Shown one piece after another: positions 10,301 to 18,626 of a stretch of 64,000 bases of DNA (position 1 is its first letter; each line of letters starts with the position of its first letter). The stretch covers positions 16,720 to 80,719 of the forward strand of contig JAGWAL010000001.1 of NCBI GenBank assembly GCA_021296415.1, written 5' to 3'. The notes beneath the pieces were generated by a model. It had not been told where the DNA came from and did not search any database. It worked only from the letters and a program-made list of their open reading frames with translations. The position numbers were made by a program, and so were the translations under genes. This stretch comes from Acidimicrobiia bacterium (GTDB lineage Bacteria; Actinomycetota; Acidimicrobiia; Acidimicrobiales; CATQHL01).

Positions 10301-10717
10301 CGTGACACGGTGGTCCTCAACCGCCCGCACACGCGCCTCGAGCATGAAGTCGACGCCCGGCTCGGCCTCGACGGCTTCGCGCAGACGCGAGACCAACACC
10401 TCGTGCTCGCAGACCAACCCGTGGGATCCGTCCGGATAAGGGAGCACGATCGGCTCCGACCGGTCTTCCGGGAACACCGCGAATCCCTTGCCCGTGGCGC
10501 TCCGCGGCTGGGTGTCGAGCTCGATCCCGAAGTCGCCGAGTATCCGCAGGGCGGGGGGATGCAGCCACTCGCCGGCGAGTCGTTTGGAGGCATTCGGGCT
10601 TGCCTCGAGCAGAGCCACCGAGGCACCTCGACGCGCGTGCGCGAGCGCGCAAAGGCTGCCCACCGGACCCGCGCCGACGACGGCGATGTCGTACCTCCGG
10701 GCAGTGGCGCCGCTCAT
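7343..10717 (-). CDS. Fused squalene monooxygenase (epoxidase) - oxidosqualene cyclase
   Basis: The N-terminal half has the FAD fold motif YDIAVVGAGPVGS and the squalene-epoxidase signature LIGDAAGHYHPLTAVGMTLGFGDA. The C-terminal half is a class II triterpene cyclase (WGKFWLA, LHPSKWYCHTRLIY, GWPVTDCTAEAV, YVECTAS, DGSWRGAWGVQFIYGTFFG, DGGWGE). There is no stop or frame change between the halves. The start is set at ATG 10717 because the longer track ORF overlaps trpD. Confidence 0.85.
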   Translation of the reverse strand: MSGATARRYDIAVVGAGPVGSLCALAHARRGASVALLEASPNASKRLAGEWLHPPALRILGDFGIELDTQPRSATGKGFAVFPEDRSEPIVLPYPDGSHGLVCEHEVLVSRLREAVEAEPGVDFMLEARVRAVEDHRVTFTRNGADESLEAALIVGADGRTSIVRRSLGLWTSPRNCSRMMGIALHGVNLPLEGYGHVVCGGPGPILIYRLGEDAVRVIVDVPLGYSAQDLFAVMSDSYAGWMPESLAPAFVDALRERRFLAAANALRPRATYGSPRRVLIGDAAGHYHPLTAVGMTLGFGDALALAEGRDFRDFTNRRCQATRAPELLAMGLYEVFADHRVESVALRHAVYRRWRESPAVRSRTIRLLACEDTSIASLGLACSAMAARAIVGEIPRSCDQTAWRRARDIVRALVFRIGWLLRGLRQLRKARNTDGRNDEQVRDTLARALLISIPSRAGNRRLSRPEEAASPDAGPALRSASTRLVSLQGVDGAWEGEMVWCPMLTAQYVLLHHIVDRPLDPGRRRRVLRYFEQSRLEGGLWGLHEHAQPHLFVTTLVYVAARLLGVERDDPLVQPARRFLQAEGVLGIPSWGKFWLALVGLYDWRGVNAVLPELWGLPRWLPLHPSKWYCHTRLIYMAMAAIQPLRFQAPVMPAVASIREELFPQGFANVKFSSGRNRLRDGDLFARPGVWLRAGYGLALLYDRFGGKRRRARCTEEIIRHIRWELKATTHRSISPVSGLLNILALWLRDPDDADCRQALARLEGWIWEDEAGGTRLTGARSAVWDSGFSLQALATVPELDGVGTALRRGADFVRREQIGASFDGFGEAHRTDPRGGWCLAGKWHGWPVTDCTAEAVLGMLAADREATSTAVLGDAVRFMLRGQNRDGGFGSYEARRSAVGLEWLNPAEMFGDSMTERSYVECTASCLAALSACREHAPELADPEVLSAVSQAGAWLRRTQETDGSWRGAWGVQFIYGTFFGVRGLLAAGAGPGDPALRLACRWLLDRQRPDGGWGEHHSGCRAGRYVEHEESQVVQTAWAMLALLEADDSNWTAITQGARFLLDTQDEDGQWPKQDMAGLFFRTALVDYALYRQYFPLHALGLYEQRRRARLHLTPSRGVSE

Positions 10718-10824
10718 CGGAACAGGCTCGTCTGCCAGCGGCGGCGGCAACGGAGCCGACCTGGTTCCCGGGGACTGGTCATCCGGCCACCGTAGTTCGG
10801 ACCAGGAAAGCGGTCTTCTCCGGA

Positions 10825-11898
10825 TCAGCGACGGTCGGCGAGGCGGTGGGACACTTCCACCCACTGGGCGAGAGTGTCCGCCGCGGCGCCTCGGTCCAGC
10901 GCGGCGGCTGCGAGACTCAGACCCTCGTCCAGATCGGCCGCCAGGTCCCCGACCACAAGCCCGGCGGCTGCATTGAGACACACGATGCCGCGCCACGGCA
11001 CCGGCTCACCGGCCAGCAGCGCGTGGGTCGCCGCGACGCCCGCGGCCACGTCCGCGCCGGCGAGGTCGGACAACTCGACCGTCGGCAGGCCGAGGTCGGC
11101 CGGCGAGACCACATAGCGCTCGATCCTGCCCTCCTTCAGTTCGATGACCCGCGTCGGCCCGATCGTCGACAGCTCGTCGAGGCCGGGGTGGCCGTGGACG
11201 ACCATGGCACGCTGCGTACCGGTGACCGCCAGAACCTCGGCCATCCGCTCGGCCATGGCCGGATCGTTCACACCGATTACCTGGCGTCGCACACCGGCGG
11301 GGTTGGCCATCGGGCCCAGGTAGTTGAATGCGGTCGGCACGCCCAGGCTGCGCCGGGTGGGACCGGCGTGGCGGAGCGCGGGATGGAACAGCGGGGCCAG
11401 GCAGAAGGCGATGCCCGCCTGCTCGAGGCAGCCCGCCACACCGTCGGGCCCCAGGTCGACCGCGATCCCGAGCGCCTCCAGCAGATCAGCCGAACCGCAC
11501 GACGACGAGACCGCCCGGTTGCCGTGCTTGCACACGCGGGCGCCCGCGCCCGCAGCCACCAGCGCGGCCATGGTCGAGATGTTCAGGGAACCGCTGCCGT
11601 CGCCTCCGGTACCGGCCGTGTCGATGAGGCCCATCTCCTCGGCGTCCACTCGCACGTCGAGCGCCGCGGCACGCAGCCCCTCCAGGAGTCCCGCCAGCTC
11701 GACGGCGGTCTCGCCCTTTGTCCGCAGGGCCATGAGCAGCCCGCCCATCTGAGCCTCGGAGGCCGATCCGGCGAGCATGGCGTCCGCCGCCGCCCGCGCC
11801 TGGGTGCGAGAGAGGTGCTCCCCCGCGGCCAGCGTCCTGAACAGCAGCGCGAAGTCCACGGATCGCCCGGCGCCGACGTCGTCCTGATCTCCGTTCAT
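10825..11898 (-). CDS. trpD: Anthranilate phosphoribosyltransferase
   Basis: Motifs are LMALRTKGET, DTAGTGGDG and CKHGNRAVSSSCGSADLLE. The product is full length at 357 aa. Confidence 0.9.
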   Translation of the reverse strand: MNGDQDDVGAGRSVDFALLFRTLAAGEHLSRTQARAAADAMLAGSASEAQMGGLLMALRTKGETAVELAGLLEGLRAAALDVRVDAEEMGLIDTAGTGGDGSGSLNISTMAALVAAGAGARVCKHGNRAVSSSCGSADLLEALGIAVDLGPDGVAGCLEQAGIAFCLAPLFHPALRHAGPTRRSLGVPTAFNYLGPMANPAGVRRQVIGVNDPAMAERMAEVLAVTGTQRAMVVHGHPGLDELSTIGPTRVIELKEGRIERYVVSPADLGLPTVELSDLAGADVAAGVAATHALLAGEPVPWRGIVCLNAAAGLVVGDLAADLDEGLSLAAAALDRGAAADTLAQWVEVSHRLADRR

Positions 11899-12061
11899 GC
11901 TGCATCCTCGGTCGTGCTCGTTGGTCGCGAGTCGCGGTCGTCGTCTATCCGTTTCCGGCGATCAGGCGACGGGAATCGCCTCGGCCTTGGGCGTTGCGGA
12001 CCCATCTCCCGGAAGCTGCCGAGCCATCGACCGCGGACAAAGCCGGATCCGCTGGACCGTG

Positions 12062-12083
12062 GATTCCGGCCTTCGCCGGAATC
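12062..12083. promoter_or_regulatory. Perfect inverted repeat GATTCCGGC-N4-GCCGGAATC in the trpD/glpK-like divergent intergenic region
   Basis: Read directly: 9-bp arms with a 4-nt spacer, about 170 nt from both divergent start codons. It could be an operator or an RNA hairpin. Its function is unknown. Confidence 0.3.
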
Positions 12084-12253
12084 ACGCATGGATGCCCGCA
12101 GTATGGCTCAGCACTCTCCTAGCATGCCAACCGTGTCGGCCGGTGACGAGTCCTGCGGCCCGCCGACCCCCGTCACGTGCGGGGGATGCAGCGCCCCGGT
12201 GCCGGGCTCCACCCGGCCCCGATCCTCTTCGGCACCCGGCGACCACCCATGAG

Positions 12254-13702
12254 ATGAGCATCCTCGTCATCGATCTGGGGAGCACAAGCGTGCGGGCGGC
12301 TCTGGTGGACGGCGCCGGCCGGCTCCACCACGAGCACCGCGTGGCCACACCGCTGGATGCCGCGGTGCGGGGCCTGGCGGAGTTCGATCCCGTCGCCGTC
12401 GCCGCCGCGGCACGGGATGCCGCCGAGTCCTGCCTGGCCGCAGCCTCCGGGGGCGTGGAGGCGGTGGGCATCGCCAACCAGCGCGCCTCGACGGTGCTGT
12501 GGAACCGCCGCAGCGGCGAGCCGCTCGGCCCCGGTCTCGGCTGGCAGGACCTGCGCACCGCCTTGGACTGCCTGGAATTGCAGAGCGAGGGGCTGCGCCT
12601 GGCTCCCAACCAGCCCGCCACCAAGGCCGCGCACCTCATCGCCGCAGCCGGCGACGTGCCCGCGGGCCAACTCTGCGTCGGCACGCTGGACTCCTGGCTG
12701 GTCTGGACACTCACCGGCGGCGCCCACCACGTCACCGACGCCACCAACGCGGCGGTCACCGGGCTCGTGCACCATGACCGCGTGGCCTGGGACCCGCAGG
12801 TGGTCGAGCGCCTGGGCATCCCACCCGAGAGCCTGCCCGAGATCACCGACAGCAGCGGGACGGTGGCCCCCGAGAGCCTGCTGCCGGGTCGGCCGCCGAT
12901 CACCGGCCTGGTGGGTGACCAGCAGGCGGCCCTCGTGGGCGCGGGCAGGGTCCGCCCCGGCGACGTGAAGATCACCTTCGGGACCGGCGGCATGCTGGAC
13001 GTGTGCCTGGGCCCCGAGGCCGATGCCCCGCCCTTCGCGCCGCGGGGCCCCAACGGCACGTTCCCCATCGTGGCCTGGCAGGAGGCCGGCCGGCCGGCAT
13101 GGGGCATCGAGGCCATGATGCTGAGCGCCGGCAGCTCGGTGGACTGGCTGTGCGAGCTGGGGCTGCTGGAGCACCCGGCCGCCTCCCACCCGGTGGCCGC
13201 CGGCTGCGACGACACCGGCGGTGTGATGTTCGTGCCCGCCCCCCTGGGGCTGGGGACGCCGCTCTGGGACTTCGGGGCGCGCAGCGCCTTCGTCGGCATG
13301 ACCACCGCCACGACGCGGGCACAACTGGTGCGCGCCGTGCTGGAGGGCGTCGCCCACCGCGGCGCCGACCTGCTGGAGGCCGCGCAGGCCGACAGCGGCC
13401 ACGACCTGGCCGAGCCGGTCATCGACGGCGGCATGAGCAACAACCCCACCTTTACCCAGGCGCTGGCCGACGCCGCCGGGCGCCCCGTGCGGGTGGCCGC
13501 CGAGACGGAGTGCACGGCCCTGGGGGCCGCGTACCTGGCGGGACTGGCCACCGGCACCTGGCGGGACTGGCCCGAGGTGGCGTCGCTACGGCCGCCGCGG
13601 GCGACCTACCACCCCCGCCGCGAGCCCGACCGGGAGCGCTGGCGCGAGGCCACCGAGCGCGCCGCCGCCTGGCATCCCGACCTCAGCAGCGTGTCGTTCT
13701 GA
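12254..13702 (+). CDS. glpK: FGGY carbohydrate kinase, glycerol-kinase-like
   Basis: The ATG at 12254 gives MSILVIDLGSTSVRAAL. Motifs NQRASTVLW, GTLDSWLVWTLTGG..HVTDATNA, GDQQAAL and TALGAAYLAGLATG are colinear with GlpK. Confidence 0.72.
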   Translation: MSILVIDLGSTSVRAALVDGAGRLHHEHRVATPLDAAVRGLAEFDPVAVAAAARDAAESCLAAASGGVEAVGIANQRASTVLWNRRSGEPLGPGLGWQDLRTALDCLELQSEGLRLAPNQPATKAAHLIAAAGDVPAGQLCVGTLDSWLVWTLTGGAHHVTDATNAAVTGLVHHDRVAWDPQVVERLGIPPESLPEITDSSGTVAPESLLPGRPPITGLVGDQQAALVGAGRVRPGDVKITFGTGGMLDVCLGPEADAPPFAPRGPNGTFPIVAWQEAGRPAWGIEAMMLSAGSSVDWLCELGLLEHPAASHPVAAGCDDTGGVMFVPAPLGLGTPLWDFGARSAFVGMTTATTRAQLVRAVLEGVAHRGADLLEAAQADSGHDLAEPVIDGGMSNNPTFTQALADAAGRPVRVAAETECTALGAAYLAGLATGTWRDWPEVASLRPPRATYHPRREPDRERWREATERAAAWHPDLSSVSF

Positions 13703-13835
13703 GGCCGAGTGCGACGGCCCGCCCGGCCGCCACACAGCTGCGACCGCTGGGTCTGCCGGGAGCGGGCCTGCGGCAACCTGGCCCGTCGGTGCGGGGAGCG
13801 CGGTCCGGCCCCGGTGCTGGCAGAATGGCAGGGAC

Positions 13836-14183
<348 letters not shown>

Positions 14184-14184
14184 G

Positions 14185-14679
14185 TCACCGGGCACGGCGC
14201 GGGCGCGACGCTGGCTCCAGCCGGCCGCGGCGCGCCAAGACCCGCCGACGCGCCGGGTCGGCGAGCCCGAATCGTCGCCAGGACCACCAGATCGCAACCG
14301 CCCCGGCGAACTCCATGGCCAGCACCGCCCACAGCGGGCGCAGGCTCACCGAGACCGCCTCGCCGGCCGCTACGCCGGCCAGCGGCCACCAGAAGGACGC
14401 CGGGCGCAGCCAGGCACCGTCCAGGATGAGGTGGCAGAAGAGCCCGATCGGGAACCCCAGCAGGCGTCGCTGGACGAGGCGCCGCCCCCATCCAACGATC
14501 ATGGCGCCGGCGAGGACGGCGATCGGGAACAGCAGGGTCCCCATGACCCACAGGCCGTCGACCGCAAGCGCCAGGGACGGGAGGACGGCTCCGGCGATCA
14601 CCAAGCGGTAGTCCAGGGCGCGGCTTGCGAAGGTAGCCGCCACGGCCGGCACCGTCAGGCCGGCGAACCAGAGCAGCAC
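14185..14679 (-). CDS. Integral membrane protein (possibly YdjM/DUF457-like)
   Basis: The GTG at 14679 lies just after the upstream gene's stop. The 164-aa product is highly hydrophobic and has an HLILD motif. The longer track ORF overlaps the upstream gene and is rejected. Confidence 0.45.
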   Translation of the reverse strand: MLLWFAGLTVPAVAATFASRALDYRLVIAGAVLPSLALAVDGLWVMGTLLFPIAVLAGAMIVGWGRRLVQRRLLGFPIGLFCHLILDGAWLRPASFWWPLAGVAAGEAVSVSLRPLWAVLAMEFAGAVAIWWSWRRFGLADPARRRVLARRGRLEPASRPRRAR

Positions 14680-14683
14680 CGCT

Positions 14684-15427
14684 TCAGAGAACCAGGATGC
14701 GCCCGCAGGACGGGCAGGTGGCACTCCCCTTGTCGATTCCTCCTGCCGGCGCCTCGCCGATGTCGGGGAGCCTGCGGAGTCGATCCACCTCCATGAGCGG
14801 CAGCGTGAGGTTGCACCCCAGACAGCTCGTTCCCTCGAGTCGCGCCACCGCCACGCCATCAATCTGGGTGCGGAGGAGTTCGTAGAGCTCGAGCAGTTCC
14901 GCAGCGATCTGTCCCGCCACGGCGGCACGGTCGCTGCGGACCCGTTCGCACTCCTCGTCGATCTCGGCCGCGGCGGCGGTCAGGCGGTCGGAGATGGCGT
15001 CGATCCGCAGCGCCAGCTCGTCGCGGCCCGTGCGCAGCTCCGCCAACGCCGCGCCGGCGGACTCGAGCTCCTCCATCACCTCGAGCAACTTGTCCTCGAC
15101 CACCCGCTGGCGCCGCCCGAGGGCGGCCACCTCCTCCTCGAGGCTCTGCAGTTCGCGGATGGCGGTGACCTGGCCCGAGTAGAGCAGCCCCCGTTCCCGC
15201 TCCCGCTTGGCCAGAACCGAACTCAGATCGTCGTCGTAGCGTCTCTGGAGCCGCGCCAGCTCGGCGTGGTGCTGCTCGGCGTCGGCGATCTGCTCGTCGC
15301 GCTTCGCCAACTCCCGCTCCAAGCGGCGCAACGCCGCCCGCTCCGGAAGTTGGGCGTGACGATGCTCGAGTTGCGCGATGCGGGTGTCGTGCGACTGGAG
15401 GTCCAGGAGGCCTTCGAGAGGATTCAT
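14684..15427 (-). CDS. Coiled-coil protein with C-terminal C4 zinc ribbon (COG1579/DUF164-like)
   Basis: The ATG at 15427 gives MNPLEGLLDLQSHDTRIAQLEHR. It has a long heptad-rich body and CLGCN...CPSCGRILV at the C-terminus. Family members commonly lie next to rnpB in actinobacteria. Confidence 0.75.
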   Translation of the reverse strand: MNPLEGLLDLQSHDTRIAQLEHRHAQLPERAALRRLERELAKRDEQIADAEQHHAELARLQRRYDDDLSSVLAKRERERGLLYSGQVTAIRELQSLEEEVAALGRRQRVVEDKLLEVMEELESAGAALAELRTGRDELALRIDAISDRLTAAAAEIDEECERVRSDRAAVAGQIAAELLELYELLRTQIDGVAVARLEGTSCLGCNLTLPLMEVDRLRRLPDIGEAPAGGIDKGSATCPSCGRILVL

Positions 15428-15940
15428 GCCTCGCCGCTCGGTTCTCGCCTGTGCTCTGCCATCGCCGCGCGCGACCCTAAACGACATCCGCAGGCGCTCA
15501 CAAGGACGGGCCCGGGTCGTCGACGCGGCCCCGGAGAATGCCGACGCCCCGTCGAATGGGGGGACATCGACGGGGCGTCCGATCACCACCGCGGCAGGGG
15601 GGTTGCCCGGGGTGAGTCTCCGTGCCGGGGAACGGCGATATTGCGGACGGCAGGCTAGCCACCCGCCACCACGACGTACCCGCGGGTCGTGTGACATCCG
15701 CCACAGCGCGGCGTGCGCGGCGGCGCCGAGCGCCACTCGCCGCGCTGGCCCGCAGCGGTGGCCCGGCGCGATTGGCCTAACGGCATCGAAGGCGTGTACA
15801 CTCACCGAAGCGACGAAGTCGTCCTCGGAGGGGGTGGCGGGTCTGGAGAGAATCTCGCTGATCCCGGCTGCTCCAACAGTCCCAGGCCCGCCCCCTCCCC
15901 CCGCTTCACCAGCGGCGACGCCGCGTCCGATCCGCACCGG

Positions 15941-16015
15941 TGGGCGCTGGCGGACTCGAACCGCCGACCCCTTCCTTGTAAGGGAAGTGCTCTGACCCGA
16001 CTGAGCTAAGCGCCC
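15941..16015 (-). tRNA. tRNA-Val (anticodon TAC)
   Basis: The reverse complement reads GGGCGCTTAGCTCAGTCGGTCAGAGCACTTCCCTTACAAGGAAG...GGTTCGAGTCCGCCAGCGCCCA. It forms a cloverleaf with anticodon loop CTTACAA. Confidence 0.9.
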
Positions 16016-16027
16016 CGCGACCGCAGG

Positions 16028-16840
16028 CTAGCCAGCCCAGGCCGCCCGCAGGTCGGCCAGCAGGCGCTCGCCGGCCGCAGCGAGCAGGGTGCGCCGCTGC
16101 AGGGGATCGGTCGTCGTCAGATCCCGGCCGGCGGCATCGACCACCGCGGCACCGGCCTCCCGGCAGACCAGCATCGCCCCCAGATAGTCCCACGGGCCCA
16201 GCGAGTGGCAGTCCGCGAAACCGTCGAGGCGACCGTCGGCGACGGCGCAGAGATCCAGCGCCGCGGCCCCCAGTGCCCGGTACTGGCGCCACCGCGGCGC
16301 GCGCGGCCACCAGCCCGACAACCCGAGAATCGCCTCGGACAGCTCGGTTACCGCCGACGGGCGGATCGGTTCGCCGTCCCGGTGGGCACCGCCGCCGCGG
16401 GTCGCCGCGTAGCGCTCGCCCGAGGCCAGGTTCACCACCAGGGCCGCCAGGGCACCGTGGTCGTCCACCGCGCAGAGGCTCGTGGCGTACCACGGGATTC
16501 CCTGGGCCGCGTTGGTCGAACCGTCCAGGGGGTCGAGAACGACGATGATCGAGCGGTCCGGTGCCTGCAGGCCGGACTCCTCGCTGCACACCCCCAGGCC
16601 GGCATCCAGCAGAGCGTTCGTGGCGACCCGATCAGCGGCGAGATCCGAGTGGTGCTGGCCGAGCCTGGTGCCGGCCAACCCCCAGTCGTCGAGGTCGTTC
16701 AGGGCACCGGCCACCGCGTCGGCGGTATCCGCGAACAGCGACAGCAGATCGTCGGGCGAGATGTGCGACACGCTAGGGCTAGGGTTGTCCCCGTCAAATG
16801 GCAGGAGGGCCCCAACGCCGAGGAGTTGCGCCTTGTCCAT
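16028..16840 (-). CDS. Inositol monophosphatase family protein
   Basis: Motifs are VVLDPLDGSTNA and WDYLGAMLVCREAG. The start is taken at MDKAQLLG (16840), with an alternative at 16873. Confidence 0.8.
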   Translation of the reverse strand: MDKAQLLGVGALLPFDGDNPSPSVSHISPDDLLSLFADTADAVAGALNDLDDWGLAGTRLGQHHSDLAADRVATNALLDAGLGVCSEESGLQAPDRSIIVVLDPLDGSTNAAQGIPWYATSLCAVDDHGALAALVVNLASGERYAATRGGGAHRDGEPIRPSAVTELSEAILGLSGWWPRAPRWRQYRALGAAALDLCAVADGRLDGFADCHSLGPWDYLGAMLVCREAGAAVVDAAGRDLTTTDPLQRRTLLAAAGERLLADLRAAWAG

Positions 16841-17396
16841 CGTCGACTTTCCCGGGTTCGTCACCGATCTCAAGTACCACGCCGCCGAGGGCGGGTTCCA
16901 CTACCACGAGGACCATCACTGCATCGACATCACGACCGGACGCCAGTGGTGGGAGATCCAGTTGCATCCGGACTACGACTGCGACGGGCCGCTGGAACTT
17001 CACATCGTCGCCGACCTGGACCCGCGTACCCAGATCGCCTTCGAGGACGAGGTCAACAAGCTGCCGGAGGATGCCGAGTGGCCCACCGAGGGGTTCGACC
17101 TGATCCTCCGCTTCCACTGGAGGCTCCCGCCGCTGCCGAACAGTCCCAACCTGCTGGAGCTGGCCACGGAACTCTCGGCAATCGGCGGCACAGATCTCCC
17201 GCTTCACGTCTGGGCCGCTGACACCATCGCCACGGTCACCGACGACGTGGCGCGGACGGTTCACGTGGAATCGGAGTCGGGCATCCCGCTGGCACAACTC
17301 GCCGGTGAGCACGAGTTCCTCGACGAGACGTTCGGCCTCATCGGCAAGGTCACCCGCTACCTGCACGACCGGGCGCCCGCCTGGTTGGGCGAGTGA
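16833..17396 (+). CDS. Acidic hypothetical protein
   Basis: Codon usage is coherent from about LSIVDFPGFVTDLKYH onward. The upstream part of the track ORF is antisense to the IMPase gene. The start is uncertain (TTG 16833 or ATG 16761). No family is recognised. Confidence 0.45.
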   Translation: MSIVDFPGFVTDLKYHAAEGGFHYHEDHHCIDITTGRQWWEIQLHPDYDCDGPLELHIVADLDPRTQIAFEDEVNKLPEDAEWPTEGFDLILRFHWRLPPLPNSPNLLELATELSAIGGTDLPLHVWAADTIATVTDDVARTVHVESESGIPLAQLAGEHEFLDETFGLIGKVTRYLHDRAPAWLGE

Positions 17397-17444
17397 GCCC
17401 GGGCGCACTGACCTCCGGGATCCCGGTACACACCCGCGGCGCCG

Positions 17445-17517
17445 TGGGCTCGGTGGGGATCGAACCCACGACCAAACGATTATGAGTCGTCTGCTCTGAC
17501 CACTGAGCTACGAGCCC
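17445..17517 (-). tRNA. tRNA-Met (anticodon CAT)
   Basis: The reverse complement reads GGGCTCGTAGCTCAGTGGTCAGAGCAGACGACTCATAATCGTTTGGTCGTGGGTTCGATCCCCACCGAGCCCA. I cannot tell elongator, initiator or Ile2 type apart by eye. Confidence 0.9.
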
Positions 17518-17601
17518 GGGGACAAACTAGCCCGCGGGCCGCTCCCCTCGACGTGGCGGCCGGGTGTTGGACCGGCCGGGTGTCCGCCGGCGACCGTTCG
17601 G

Positions 17602-17674
17602 CTCCGGGGGTGGGGCTCGAACCCACGACAAACGGCTTAACAGGCCGGCGCTCTGCCAACTGAGCTACCCCGGA
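17602..17674 (-). tRNA. tRNA-Asn (anticodon GTT)
   Basis: The reverse complement reads TCCGGGGTAGCTCAGTTGGCAGAGCGCCGGCCTGTTAAGCCGTTTGTCGTGGGTTCGAGCCCCACCCCCGGAG. The anticodon loop is CTGTTAA. Confidence 0.9.
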
Positions 17675-17705
17675 TCGCGCCCCGTCAGGATACCAGCGGG
17701 GTCCC

Positions 17706-18626
17706 TCAGGACTCTCGCATCAGCTCCCGCAGCTCCTCCCCCAGGCCGCTGCGGCGCAGCCGCGACAACGTCCGCGCCTCGATCTGGCGGAGCCGCTCCT
17801 TCGTGACGCCGAACTGACCGCTCAACTCCGCCAACGTCCGGATGCGACCGTCCACGAGCCCGAATCGCAGGCGCAGGAGCCTCCGCACCCGCTCGTCGCC
17901 GACGGCGGCCAGAGCCTCCTCCACAGCCTCGCGGACCGCCGCGCCGTGCAGCCGCTCGAGCACCAGTTCATCGGGTCCGGAGTCCGAGCCGTCCGAGAGC
18001 ATGTCGCCCAGCGACGTGTCGTCACCAACGGGCGCCTCCAGTGACACGGGCGAGGCGCGCAACTCGCGGACCCTGGCCACCTGCTCCTCGTCGGTCCCGC
18101 AGCTGCGCGCCAACTCCGCCAGAGTCGGCGTTCGATGGTTCTCCTGCTCGAACTGCCGCTCGGCCTTGTAGATCTGCGTCGCCAGCGCCGAGAGGTGCGC
18201 CGGCATGCGCACGGCGCCGCCCTGGTTGGTGATCGCGGCGAGCATGGCGCTGCGGATCCACGAGCCGGCGTAGGTCGAGAACCGCCAACCCTTGTCGGGC
18301 CGGTACCTGGTGGCTGCCGCCAGCAGCCCCACGTTCCCCTCCTGGACGAGGTCGGCGAACGGCACCCCCCGGCCCTGGTAGCCACGCGCCAGGTAGACGA
18401 CGAGGCGAAGGTTCGCCTCCGTCAGCCGTTGCCGCGCCACCTCACCGTCGCGCACCTGGCGTCGCAACTCGGAGCGCCGGGTGGGCTCCGGCTCGCCGTT
18501 GCCGTCGAGGATCTCCTGTGCCGCCAGCCCCGCCTGCACCTTGCGGCCCAGATCGCACTCCTCCTCCGCGTTCAGCTGGGCCACGCGACCGATGTCGCTG
18601 AGGTAGGTCGTGAACCCTTCCGTCAT
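17706..18626 (-). CDS. RNA polymerase sigma factor, sigma-70 family (RpoD-related, lacks region 1.1)
   Basis: Region 1.2 is YLSDIGRVAQLNAEEE, region 2 is LVQEGNVGLLAAATRYRPDKGWRFSTYAGSWIRSAM, and region 4.2 is TLAELSGQFGVTKERLRQIEARTLSRLRR. The start overlaps the dnaG stop (18623-18626). Confidence 0.85.
   Translation of the reverse strand: MTEGFTTYLSDIGRVAQLNAEEECDLGRKVQAGLAAQEILDGNGEPEPTRRSELRRQVRDGEVARQRLTEANLRLVVYLARGYQGRGVPFADLVQEGNVGLLAAATRYRPDKGWRFSTYAGSWIRSAMLAAITNQGGAVRMPAHLSALATQIYKAERQFEQENHRTPTLAELARSCGTDEEQVARVRELRASPVSLEAPVGDDTSLGDMLSDGSDSGPDELVLERLHGAAVREAVEEALAAVGDERVRRLLRLRFGLVDGRIRTLAELSGQFGVTKERLRQIEARTLSRLRRSGLGEELRELMRES

Noticed and set aside
10718-10996. The 93-codon N-terminal extension of the epoxidase-cyclase ORF (the track ORF starts at 10996)
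   Set aside because: The extension is Arg/Gly-rich, overlaps the 3' end of trpD by 172 nt, and precedes the natural MSGATARRYDIAVVGAG FAD-fold start at 10717.
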